Shown here: positions 1 through 9,000 of the stretch, piece after piece | Position numbering within the stretch: position 1 is the first letter of the stretch | Layout of the letters: the number at the start of each line of letters is the position of its first letter | Source: Verrucomicrobiota bacterium | Lineage (GTDB): Bacteria; Verrucomicrobiota; Verrucomicrobiia; Limisphaerales; AAA164-E04 | Length of the DNA: 64,000 nucleotides | Direction: 5' to 3' | Assembly (NCBI GenBank): GCA_047947115.1 | Contig: CP170459.1 | Span: 2,400,001-2,464,000, forward strand | Translations under genes and position numbers: made by a program | Notes under the pieces: generated by a model | What the model saw: only the letters and a program-made list of their open reading frames with translations | Databases searched by the model: none | What the model was told of the DNA's origin: nothing

Positions 1-1985
1 TCACTGAAATCAGCCAACTTGACCACACGGAAACAGCGGCACGATTGAATGCCGAGCGTTTGAAGATTGCCACCGAAACGGCGAAGGTCGGCATCTGGGA
101 GTGGTATCTTGACTCCGGAAAGGTTCATTGGAATGCGGAAATGTTTTCCATCTACGGAATTTCTCAAACGCCTGACAGTTTTGTTCGGTATCAGGACTGG
201 AGTCAAAGCGTGCTTCCCGAAGATTTGCCGAAGCAGGAAGAAATCTTAAAGAACATCAGGGAAAATGGGGAAAGTGTGGAACGCGTGTTCCGCATCAAGC
301 GCAGGAGCGACGGATCCATCCGTACGGTCATGGCGGTCGAAACCATCAAAAAGGACGCCAATGGCAACAACATTTCCATGGTCGGCATCAATCGTGACAT
401 CACCGAACAACTTTCAGGTTTCAAGAGAGATGCCTTATTGACAGCCATAGTTGAAAACTCGATTGATGGAATCCTGACCAAAGATCTGAACGGGAGGATT
501 ACAAGCTGGAATGCCGGAGCCACCAAGATTCTTCAGTATTCCAAGGAAGAAATTATTGGAAAGAATGTGAGGGAGCTGATTCCCGACTCCAGACGTGGTG
601 AGGAAGATAGCATCGTCAACATCATTCAATCCGGTAAATCCCTGACGAATTATCACACGCAGCGGCTTTGCAAGAACGGCGCGGTCACCGAAGTGTCCAT
701 CAGCGTCTTTCCCATCCACACACGTGACGGGAAAATTGAATCCATTGCTTCCATCATTCGTGATACCACCGATACACGTCGCATCGAGCGTAAACTTCAG
801 GAAGCTGACAAGTTTGAAAGTCTGGGTGTTCTCGCCGGAGGCATTGCCCATGAGTTCAATAATTTGCTGACTGGGATTCTGGCGAATGTGGGGATGGCAC
901 AAAGAGAAATTCAGGCCTGTCCTCAGGCAGCGGAATCTCTTGGTGAAATCCGCGCATCTGCGCGTCAGGCTGCGGATCTGTGTTTGCAGATGCTGACCTA
1001 TGCCGGCAAAACGGATTATGAATTCGTAGCGGTGGAGTTGTGTGATCTTGCCCGGGATGTGGTGAAATTTCTCGGACGATCCATCCATCGCAACATACAG
1101 ATTGAATTGACCAACGATGACGGAAAGCACGTCGTGATGGGGGATGCTGTCAAGATTAGGCAAATACTTGTCGACCTCATGTTGAATGCAGCCGAATCCA
1201 TCGGTTCAAGTGGCGGAAAAATCACCATCAAACTGAAGGAAGAAACACTGAAGGAAGATGAGATCGGAGAGCTGCGACTCGGGTATCGACTGAAACCCGG
1301 CATATACGCTTCTGTTTCCATTAGTGATAATGGGTGCGGGATGACACCCAAGCAGTTGGAGCATATTTTTGATCCGTTTTTCTCAACGAAATTTACCGGC
1401 AGAGGATTGGGGTTGCCAACAGTCCGGGGCATTTTGACAGCGCATCACGGGGCTCTAAAGGTGCAATCCGAGAGTGGTGTCGGGACCACTTTTACTGTGT
1501 TGTTACCTCATCAAGCGACCTCCGAAAAGAAAGTGTCGATGATTCCGACCCCAAAGCCCCATCCCGGCAAAGCTCAGAGCAAAGAGGCGATCCATCCATC
1601 AAGTCTCCCGGGTAAAGGCAAAGTATTCGTGATCGATGATCTTGTCATGATTCGAAGGGCTTTGAAGCGCCTGCTTGGCAAGCTGGGTTTTGATGAGGTT
1701 TTGGTTGCTGAAGACGGGGAAACCGGCTTTGAGCTCTACAAGGAACACGCCAAAGATCTGCGCATCGTATTTCTTGACCTGGTGATGCCGGGGTGGGATG
1801 GCGCGGCGACATTTGGAGCATTGCATGCTTATGATCCGGACATTCCCGTTGTCGTGATGAGTGGTTACGTCGAAGAACAGGTTGAAGAGTCTTTTAAGGG
1901 GGGGGAGTTGCCTGCCGGATTTTTGCAGAAACCTTTCGATGAGGATTTGGTTAAATCATGCCTCGAATTGGCAAGGCAACCATAG
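1..1985 (+). CDS. Hybrid PAS-domain sensor histidine kinase/response regulator (CckA-like), 5'-truncated by the window edge
   Basis: Frame is open from base 3. Two PAS/PAC domains (GIWEW..., DGILTKDLNGRITSWN), H-box GIAHEFNNLLTGI, N/G/F boxes (DNGCGM, IFDPFFSTKFTGRGLGL), C-terminal receiver (VIDD, LDLVMP, FLQKP). Confidence 0.93.
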   Translation, partial: TEISQLDHTETAARLNAERLKIATETAKVGIWEWYLDSGKVHWNAEMFSIYGISQTPDSFVRYQDWSQSVLPEDLPKQEEILKNIRENGESVERVFRIKRRSDGSIRTVMAVETIKKDANGNNISMVGINRDITEQLSGFKRDALLTAIVENSIDGILTKDLNGRITSWNAGATKILQYSKEEIIGKNVRELIPDSRRGEEDSIVNIIQSGKSLTNYHTQRLCKNGAVTEVSISVFPIHTRDGKIESIASIIRDTTDTRRIERKLQEADKFESLGVLAGGIAHEFNNLLTGILANVGMAQREIQACPQAAESLGEIRASARQAADLCLQMLTYAGKTDYEFVAVELCDLARDVVKFLGRSIHRNIQIELTNDDGKHVVMGDAVKIRQILVDLMLNAAESIGSSGGKITIKLKEETLKEDEIGELRLGYRLKPGIYASVSISDNGCGMTPKQLEHIFDPFFSTKFTGRGLGLPTVRGILTAHHGALKVQSESGVGTTFTVLLPHQATSEKKVSMIPTPKPHPGKAQSKEAIHPSSLPGKGKVFVIDDLVMIRRALKRLLGKLGFDEVLVAEDGETGFELYKEHAKDLRIVFLDLVMPGWDGAATFGALHAYDPDIPVVVMSGYVEEQVEESFKGGELPAGFLQKPFDEDLVKSCLELARQP

Positions 1986-2091
1986 CTCGAATGGGGCGAC
2001 TTTCCTTGAATGTTCGTTCATTCAAATTGTATATTCCCTGAAATTCTCCCTCGACTCTTATCTCCCGATCGGTTTTATAATGCGCTCAACC

Positions 2092-3558
2092 ATGAGTACG
2101 CCATTTTTCCGAAAGAACGATTCTTCGCCATTTCGGCAGTCGCCCGTTACCCGGCGTCGTATGTTGCAATCTGTTGCCTGCGGTTTTGGTGGGCTGGCAT
2201 TTTCTGGCATGCGTGCCGATTTGCGCGCTGGCACCCATCAAATTGAAAATCCTCTGGTCCCATTGACCACTCACGTCCCGGCCCGGGCCAAGCGTGTTAT
2301 CTTTCTTTTCATGCAGGGTGGGCCCAGCCATGTGGACACCTTTGATTACAAGCCAAAGCTCTTTGCCAGTCACCAGCAGGAAGTGGATATCCTTGGATAC
2401 CGGTTCAATAATTTCAGGAAAGCCACCAGGCAGGTGATGATGAAGCCGCTCTGGGACTTTCAAAAACATGGTCAAACCGGCAAGTCGGTTTCGTCCCTTT
2501 TTCCCGAAGTGGCGAAACATGTGGATGATCTGTGCTTTATTCACAGCATGCACACCGAAGGCGTGGCGCACGGACCTTCCACGCTTTTTCTGCACACCGG
2601 GTCGGTGAACACCGTGCGTCCCTCGGTTGGAAGCTGGATCAGTTACGGGCTTGGTACGGAAAACGCCGACATGCCCTCATTTGTCACCATCTGCCCGACA
2701 GCGCGCATGGGCGGACCTCAGAATTACGGTAATGCCTTTCTGCCTGCCATTCATCAAGGAACTCCCATAGGTAAGGCCGAACAACCGGTCTCCGAAGTTG
2801 GAATCAAGGATATTGTCAACCCCCGGTTGAATGCCGAAGAGCAATTGAAGCGATTCCAACTGCTTCAGGCTCTGAACCGGACACAACTCGCACAGAGTCC
2901 TTCCAACGATAATATGGAAGCAAATCTGAATGCATTTGAACTGGCGTTTCGCATGCAGATGACGGCTCCCGGTTTGATGGATATTTCCAACGAACCCGAG
3001 TCCGTGTTGAAACGTTACGGCATCGGCGATAAAGCGACCGACAACTACGGACGTCAATGCCTGATGGCTAGAAAAATGGCGGAAGCAGGCGTGCGATACA
3101 TTCAGGTAAATTACAGTGATAACGATGGAGGCAACCCGCGTTGGGATCAACATTCCAACATGCCTCGCCATGAGCAACACGCCAGAGCCGTCGATAAACC
3201 CATCTCCGGATTGTTGTCCGACCTGAAATCGCGCGGTTTGCTGGAAGATACGTTGGTATGGTGGGGCGGGGAATTCGGAAGAACTCCTTTCTCACAGAAC
3301 AACAATGGCCGTGACCATAATCCGTTTGGTTTCACCGTCTGGCTTGCCGGTGGAGGGGTGAAGCCGGGTTTCAGCTATGGATCCAGCGATGAATACGGTT
3401 ACCAGGCGGTGGAAAACAAAGTTCACATGCATGACTTGCACGCCACTGTCCTTTACTTGTTGGGGCTGGAACATGAGAAACTGACATTTCGTCATGCTGG
3501 CCGCGATTATCGGTTGACCGACTTGTATGGAAACGTGATCAGGGACATCATTGCCTGA
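2092..3558 (+). CDS. DUF1501 domain protein (sulfatase-fold, PVC-typical) with twin-arginine-like N-terminus
   Basis: TRRRMLQ...GFGGLA, AKRVIFLFMQGGPSHVDTFDYKP, GEFGRTP, GRDHNP, RLTDLYG. Start placed at ATG 2092 (2080 is an alternative). Confidence 0.9.
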   Translation: MSTPFFRKNDSSPFRQSPVTRRRMLQSVACGFGGLAFSGMRADLRAGTHQIENPLVPLTTHVPARAKRVIFLFMQGGPSHVDTFDYKPKLFASHQQEVDILGYRFNNFRKATRQVMMKPLWDFQKHGQTGKSVSSLFPEVAKHVDDLCFIHSMHTEGVAHGPSTLFLHTGSVNTVRPSVGSWISYGLGTENADMPSFVTICPTARMGGPQNYGNAFLPAIHQGTPIGKAEQPVSEVGIKDIVNPRLNAEEQLKRFQLLQALNRTQLAQSPSNDNMEANLNAFELAFRMQMTAPGLMDISNEPESVLKRYGIGDKATDNYGRQCLMARKMAEAGVRYIQVNYSDNDGGNPRWDQHSNMPRHEQHARAVDKPISGLLSDLKSRGLLEDTLVWWGGEFGRTPFSQNNNGRDHNPFGFTVWLAGGGVKPGFSYGSSDEYGYQAVENKVHMHDLHATVLYLLGLEHEKLTFRHAGRDYRLTDLYGNVIRDIIA

Positions 3559-3580
3559 TCAGATATCACAGGAAGATAAA

Positions 3581-3763
3581 ATGTCCGATGCCGAACAACA
3601 GACGCCTCCGTCACAAAGCGAACCCGCCAGACCCGTTGAAGTCGATCCTGACGGTGAGTATTGGAAATACTGTGCCCGTTGCGGACACGAACTACACAAC
3701 CACAAATGCAAACTCATCTGCCCGACCTGTGGCTACTTCATGAGTTGCTCGGATTTTGATTAA
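3581..3763 (+). CDS. Small Cys-rich zinc-ribbon protein (60 aa)
   Basis: CARC-GHELHNHK-C-KLI-CPTC-GYFMS-CSDF. Fills the gap between two co-directional genes. Confidence 0.7.
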   Translation: MSDAEQQTPPSQSEPARPVEVDPDGEYWKYCARCGHELHNHKCKLICPTCGYFMSCSDFD

Positions 3764-3772
3764 GTATCACCT

Positions 3773-4663
3773 ATGCTGATGAATCGCATGTTATGTTTGC
3801 TTTTGGGTGCCTCTGCCTTGTTGATTGCGCCTGACATCAGGAGCGGTGAGCCGTCCCTGACCGGGGTTTCTCAGCCGCAGCGTGACCGGCATGTAGAAGC
3901 CAGGCTGTTGAGCGAGCAAACCCATTTGGCTCCTGGGGAATCCTGGTGGGTGGCATTGGAATTGAAACACGATCCGACCTGGCACACCTATTGGATCAAC
4001 GGGGGAGACGCAGGGGTGGCCACGACCATCAATTGGCAACTGCCCGAAGGCGTCACAGCCGGCCCCATCCAATGGGAGGTGCCACAAATCGTCAAGATGC
4101 TCCAATTGGACGTTTACGGATACGAGGGCATCTGCATGCTTCTCGTCCAATTGAAGGCACATCCCGAAGCCCGTCTTCCCGAGACATTTGAAATCCATGC
4201 AGATGTCAACTGGATGATGTGCTCCCGAACATGCATGCTGGGCAAGGGCGTTCAACTGAACTTGACGATGGGGCGAGCAGACGATTCCCAAAGCTTACCC
4301 CAGTCCCCGTGGGCGGATTTGGTGCGGCAGGCCGTCCTGCGCCTGCCTGCCACCGCGCCTAAAGACATGTTCAGCGCCGGTTACGACGCCGCTCAAAATG
4401 TGTTTCAGTTGATATGGAAGGCTTTTCCTGGCGAACACGAAATCCTGGAAGTCTACTACTTTGACACTACCGAGCAAATTACATCCAATCAACCACAGGT
4501 CTGGACCCAAGTGGAAGAGGGATGGCAGTTGGCGCTTCCGCGTGCATCTTATGCCCCGCAAACTTTCGATCGATTGAAGGGGGTTTTACGTTGGAAAGAG
4601 GTGGGGGCAGATACATCCTACCGCTGGCTCGCCATCGATACTCCCGTCATTTCAAGGGAATAG
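3773..4663 (+). CDS. Secreted protein-disulfide reductase DsbD N-terminal-domain protein (no membrane or thioredoxin domain)
   Basis: Signal peptide; WHTYWINGGDAG, WQLPEG, YGYEG; CSRTC cysteine pair. Confidence 0.8.
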   Translation: MLMNRMLCLLLGASALLIAPDIRSGEPSLTGVSQPQRDRHVEARLLSEQTHLAPGESWWVALELKHDPTWHTYWINGGDAGVATTINWQLPEGVTAGPIQWEVPQIVKMLQLDVYGYEGICMLLVQLKAHPEARLPETFEIHADVNWMMCSRTCMLGKGVQLNLTMGRADDSQSLPQSPWADLVRQAVLRLPATAPKDMFSAGYDAAQNVFQLIWKAFPGEHEILEVYYFDTTEQITSNQPQVWTQVEEGWQLALPRASYAPQTFDRLKGVLRWKEVGADTSYRWLAIDTPVISRE

Positions 4664-4683
4664 CAAAGAGACGCTGAACTCCG

Positions 4684-4923
4684 TTAAGACCTCAAAGCCC
4701 GAACTTGTTGCAGGATATCGTTCGGATCAGGAAATTGACCTGTCGACTTTTTACTATAGATCAGTTGATCGTTTACGGTCACTTCAAACAAACCTCCACT
4801 CTCAGGGATTAATGTGAGCGAGGTGATGTCTTGTTTGAGTTTCATGAGTTTCTCCGCCAGACCGACGGCTTTGGGCTCATAATTTCAAACGCTGCAATAC
4901 TGGATGGTAACTTTCAATCCCAT
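4684..4923 (-). CDS. SelT/SelW/SelH (Rdx) family selenoprotein, 79 aa, CxxU motif with UGA read as Sec at codon 13
   Basis: Manual minus-strand translation: MGLKVTIQYCSV(TGA 4885-4887)NYEPKAVGLAEKLMKLKQDITSLTLIPESGGLFEVTVNDQLIYSKKSTGQFPDPNDILQQVRALRS*. Rdx hallmarks IxYCxxU, GGxFEV and SKKxxGxFP all lie in one frame across the TGA. Confidence 0.88.
4842..4882 (-). promoter_or_regulatory. Putative bacterial SECIS element directly 3' of the Sec UGA
   Basis: mRNA reads UGA-AA-UUAUGAG-CCCAAA-GCCG-UCGGUC-UGGC-GGAGAAA-CUCAUGA. Lower stem UUAUGAG/CUCAUGA, upper stem GCCG/UGGC, loop contains GGU; the GGUCUG run resembles the E. coli fdhF SECIS apex. Confidence 0.6.
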
Positions 4924-4930
4924 GCGGAAA

Positions 4931-4959
4931 ACTCTAATGATCCTGCCTCAATACGTCAA
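4931..4959 (-). promoter_or_regulatory. Putative sigma70 promoter of the selenoprotein gene (likely leaderless mRNA)
   Basis: TTGACG-N17-TAGAGT on the minus strand, with the -10 box 7 nt before the ATG and no SD. Confidence 0.55.
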
Positions 4960-5120
4960 GGAACCCGGACGTTTACCCCGGACAGCCTGGGCCGCGTTGG
5001 TTACGACACTGCGCCGGATACACGAGAGAAATAGTGTGGTTTCCAGATACCTGATCCACGCCATGCCACCTTGCACAGCAATGATGCTGTCATCATGATA
5101 TCATGCTCAGGAGATGAACG

Positions 5121-5168
5121 AAAAAGCGGGTCTGCCCCCGTCGGTTTCGACGCGAGCAAACCCGCTTC
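5121..5168 (-). terminator. Rho-independent terminator after the pilin-like gene
   Basis: Plus-strand arms AAGCGGGTCTGC...GCAAACCCGCTT with inner CGTCG/CGACG stem; followed by TTTTT on the minus strand. Confidence 0.65.
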
Positions 5169-5182
5169 TGCGAGATGTCTGA

Positions 5183-5905
5183 TTACCACCAGAAGGTGGG
5201 TTGACCGGTCGTTCGAACCACCATTTTATCAAAAGTCCGCCAACTGGCGTGTGAGTCCATGAATAACACATTGCCTCCGGATGGCAATTGACCTTGCAGG
5301 TGAGGTGAACGATGTGCTTCTTCCCAACCACCTCGTACTTCCGTGAAGTCGTTGCGGGTACGGTCGGTCATGTTTTCTCCGACCGAAAGGGTGGCGTCCG
5401 CTGCGATGGCCGCTTCAGTGGGGCCAATGGCATATTCGGATCCGTCCGGATTCTTGACCACTTTTTGTTGGATTTTCACGAACGTATTGGTCGCGATCAC
5501 ACGAGGTGAATCCTTGGTGGCGAAGGCAAATCCCAGCACTTTGAAGTTCGGGGTGAATGCCCACAACTCGTCCGAGTTCTGTTTGGCGAACGAAGGACAA
5601 TACAGGATGTTGCGTTCGAAACCGTATCCCAGCATGTTGGTAACAACCTGGGCCGGCATGTCCCATGGCCAGTTGCCACGTATGTTGTTGTACGACATCG
5701 GTGGCAGATTGTCATCCCAATCACCGGCATACATGTGACTTGCGATGCCCACTTGACGCAAGCTGCTCATGCAGGCCGTGCGCTTGGCCTTTTCCTTTGC
5801 TTTGGAAAGAGCCGGAAGCAACATGCCCGCCAGAATGGCGATGATGGCAATCACAACCAGCAACTCGATCAAGGTGAACGCCTTTTGTTTATTGAATGTT
5901 TTCAT
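5183..5905 (-). CDS. Prepilin-type N-terminal cleavage/methylation domain protein with H-X9-DG-like C-terminus (DUF1559-like PVC pseudopilin)
   Basis: [33 protein letters not shown]...CMSSLRQ; C-terminal H...[10 protein letters not shown]. Confidence 0.9.
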   Translation of the reverse strand: MKTFNKQKAFTLIELLVVIAIIAILAGMLLPALSKAKEKAKRTACMSSLRQVGIASHMYAGDWDDNLPPMSYNNIRGNWPWDMPAQVVTNMLGYGFERNILYCPSFAKQNSDELWAFTPNFKVLGFAFATKDSPRVIATNTFVKIQQKVVKNPDGSEYAIGPTEAAIAADATLSVGENMTDRTRNDFTEVRGGWEEAHRSPHLQGQLPSGGNVLFMDSHASWRTFDKMVVRTTGQPTFWW

Positions 5906-5963
5906 AATCGTTGGATTTGATTTGATGATGGAATCGTTTTGTAAACGGTTCCTGATAAGGAAA

Positions 5964-5990
5964 CATTCCAGGGGCAGAGCCCCTGGAATG
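5964..5990 (-). terminator. Perfect 12-bp hairpin between the LamG gene and the pilin-like gene (partial terminator or mRNA stabiliser)
   Basis: CATTCCAGGGGC-AGA-GCCCCTGGAATG, with only a short T tract (TTT) on the minus strand. Confidence 0.55.
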
Positions 5991-6061
5991 CCGTGTGTTG
6001 TTCTTGTTGTTACTTACTCAAGTAAACTTAAGAATCCTCATGCTAGGAACGATATGATTGT

Positions 6062-9000
6062 TTATTCTGCGATGAAGAACTGAGCTGCCTGGTCGGCTGC
6101 AACGGTGTAAGGAGAGGATGCTCCATCCACTGCATTGAAAGGACCCGTCACAGCGCCAGCGCTCTTGAGAGTTCCGCTGTATTCGATGGTCAGCATGCCG
6201 TCAGTCAGGCTGACTCCGTTGATGCCACCGCCGGAACCGCCCGAGGTCAGGTAGCTGACTGTGTTGAGGTAGATCATTCTACCCACATCGGTCAGGTCCC
6301 AAATCCCGGCAGTTTCAGAAGTAACGCCGTCGGCTTCACGAGAACCTGTCAACAGGGTCAAGCGTTTGCCGGCGAAGTTTCCTCCGGTTGTCGTTGCTGC
6401 TCCGGCGTCGAATTCCACGGCTACAATACCGCCAGCAGTCGGATCATCAGCGGTTGCTACTGTGGCAATCACTCGACCAGCTTCACCGGCGTTGTTGGTA
6501 TTGATGGAGACACCGCGCTGAACTTGATCGTTCCAGGTGACGATACCGGCAAAATCACCGGTGATACCATCCGTGAGATCCACACCGTTGAACAGGGGAT
6601 GGCTGGCATCCTCGGCTTTGAGTTGAATGTTGCCGACTGTATCCACCATGGAACTTCCATCGGTGAAGCCCATTCGGTTATTACGAATCACGTAACCGCC
6701 GAGCACCAGCATAGGCGAGGTAACACTGTTCCAGGCATCAGCACTGGCTCCGGTGCTGTAACCACCACTACTGACCGATCGGCTGATGATCACCAGGTCG
6801 TAACCGTTGAGGGCTTCCACGTCGGGTGAACCGCTGGTCAGGATACGTGTCACGTTGTGACCGGCTGCCTTGAGAGCCTGGGTGTAGCCAATGTCAGCAG
6901 CTTCGGTCATGCCGGCGCCAGCGGCGGCATCGCTTGCTGCGTCGGTTGCGTGGAAACTGACGAAGGCAATATTGGCACCGTTACCAGCTACTGCAACACG
7001 TGCATTGAAGATGCTGTCGATGTCTGATTGGCTGGCGACACCGGAATAGGTGGCCCATTCATACATGACACTGCCAGCGCCCATGTGGTCCGTGGCCTGT
7101 TCAAGTCTAGCACCCATGATCTTGGTGTTGCCGGACAGATCGAAAGTGCCCGCCCAGGTGCCTGAGTGAACGCTGTTGATGTAGAGACGGCTTTCGCCAG
7201 CTCCCGAATCACTGACGATGACGACATGCACGTTGCTGCCGAAGACAGAAGCCACGCTTTGTCCATTCACCGCCGAGAACAGATTGTCAGCCACACCGAA
7301 TTCAGTCGTGCCAAACACTCCCTGGTTGTTCCATTGGTCGAGTTTGATGGCGAAAGCGTCGTTCCCTGCAATAGCAGTCGAAGCTCCATCCATGACGGCA
7401 TTGAAGTGGAACACATAGGTTGCGTCTCCACCGAGGTTGCCGAAGTTTACCACAGTGGGTTCGGTGACTTCAGTGGTGGAACCGGCCACCATTTCGAATG
7501 GTGTGGGAGGATCACAATCCAATGCATCCGGTCCGCAAGCAGCGTGCAACGCAATGTCGGCTTCCTGGAGGGCGCCTTCCCAGATTCGGAAATCGGTGAA
7601 GGTCCCGTTGAATCCGGGATCTGCGCTGAAGTTCGAGCGTCCCAACCAGACGTTGAAGTCTTCGATGGCTGAGAAGTCCTGCTCATCGGAGACGGCCTGA
7701 ATACCGACCAGCTCACCATTACGATAGAGGCGAGCCACGTCGTTGGCAGGGTCCAAGACAAATGCGACGTAGAAGTCCTGTCCCGCAGCCAGTCCGGGAC
7801 CGGTGATGGCCGGGTTCTGCAGGGTAGGGGTCACTCCGTCGTTGACCACTTCCGCAAACAACTGGCCTGCGCCGCTGGATGGGGTGATCTGCATGTAACC
7901 TGTGCCGTTGTAGGAAGTGCCGGCCGGGATAGGCCATTCTTCTCCGAATGTGTTGTCTCCGAAGTCGAGCAAGCGCTGCCAGGCGCCGCCACCGTTCCAG
8001 TGACCGAAGATTTCAAAGGTCAATGCCGGACCTCCTCCAATAGGAGCAGTCAGGTAGTATTCGCTGAACAGATAATCCGGCAGATCGACGAAACCGCTGC
8101 CATCCAGGCTCAAGCCTCCGTTTTCGAAAGTGCCTTCGCCAATAAGTTGACCATCGGCATCCCCGGCGGAATCGCTTGCGTCGCCATCGAATTCATAGCG
8201 GTGGGCCAGTTGTGGTGTCTCTCCGGCTGCTGCTACGTTGAACGTGATGTTCTGAGTTTGTCCGTCAAGATTTGCAGTAACGGTTGCAGAACCCTCCCCA
8301 ATGGGAATCACTCGCAGAGGTGCGGTCAGGATGCGCACAATGCTTGAATCAGAAGTTTCGAATGAAGCCAGAGTGGAAGAGGAAAGATCCACACCGTTGA
8401 CATTTTCGAAGTCAACTTTGAGTGACAAGTTCGCAGGCAATCCGCCGGCAACCAAGTCGGTGTCGGAGGCAGTCAAGTTGATGCTGGTCGCAGCACCGGG
8501 ATCATCGATGATTTCATCCGGACCGGTGACGTCGTTGACAGCGATTTGAACGGGACTCAACACGCCTTCGAAGATACGGAACTCATTGTAGTTTGCCGTG
8601 GTGAAGGCGTCTCCCCCCCACTGGGAACGTCCGATCCAGTTGTTGACGTCGTCCAGTGATGACATGGGACGATCAGGAAGAACCGCTGTTTCGGCAACAT
8701 TGATGCCGTTGATCCAGACCTGGGTGTTGCGTTGTGTGTGGTTGTAGGTAACCACCAGGTGGAATTCTTCTCCGGGAACAATCCCGTTTCCATTTGGAAC
8801 GTCGAGTGTGGGATTTTCACCTCCACCAACTCCTGGGTCAAAGGCAGTGCGTCCGCCGTCTGCGCCGGTGATGCCGCCGCGACGAGGTGCGAAGAACCAG
8901 GAGGCTTCTCCGTTGTAACCAGCGCCGCCTGCTTGTGGGGCGTCCGGATCTTCTCCAGCGGTGGTGTTGCCGAAGTCGAACACACGTTGCCAGCCGCCCT

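Noticed and set aside
1861..2091. N-terminal extension of the DUF1501 ORF in the track
   Set aside because: It overlaps the kinase gene; the Tat-like motif indicates a start near 2080-2092.
4831..5262. Short ORFs of 62-67 aa on both strands
   Set aside because: No recognisable motifs; they overlap the selenoprotein gene, its promoter and the pilin terminator.
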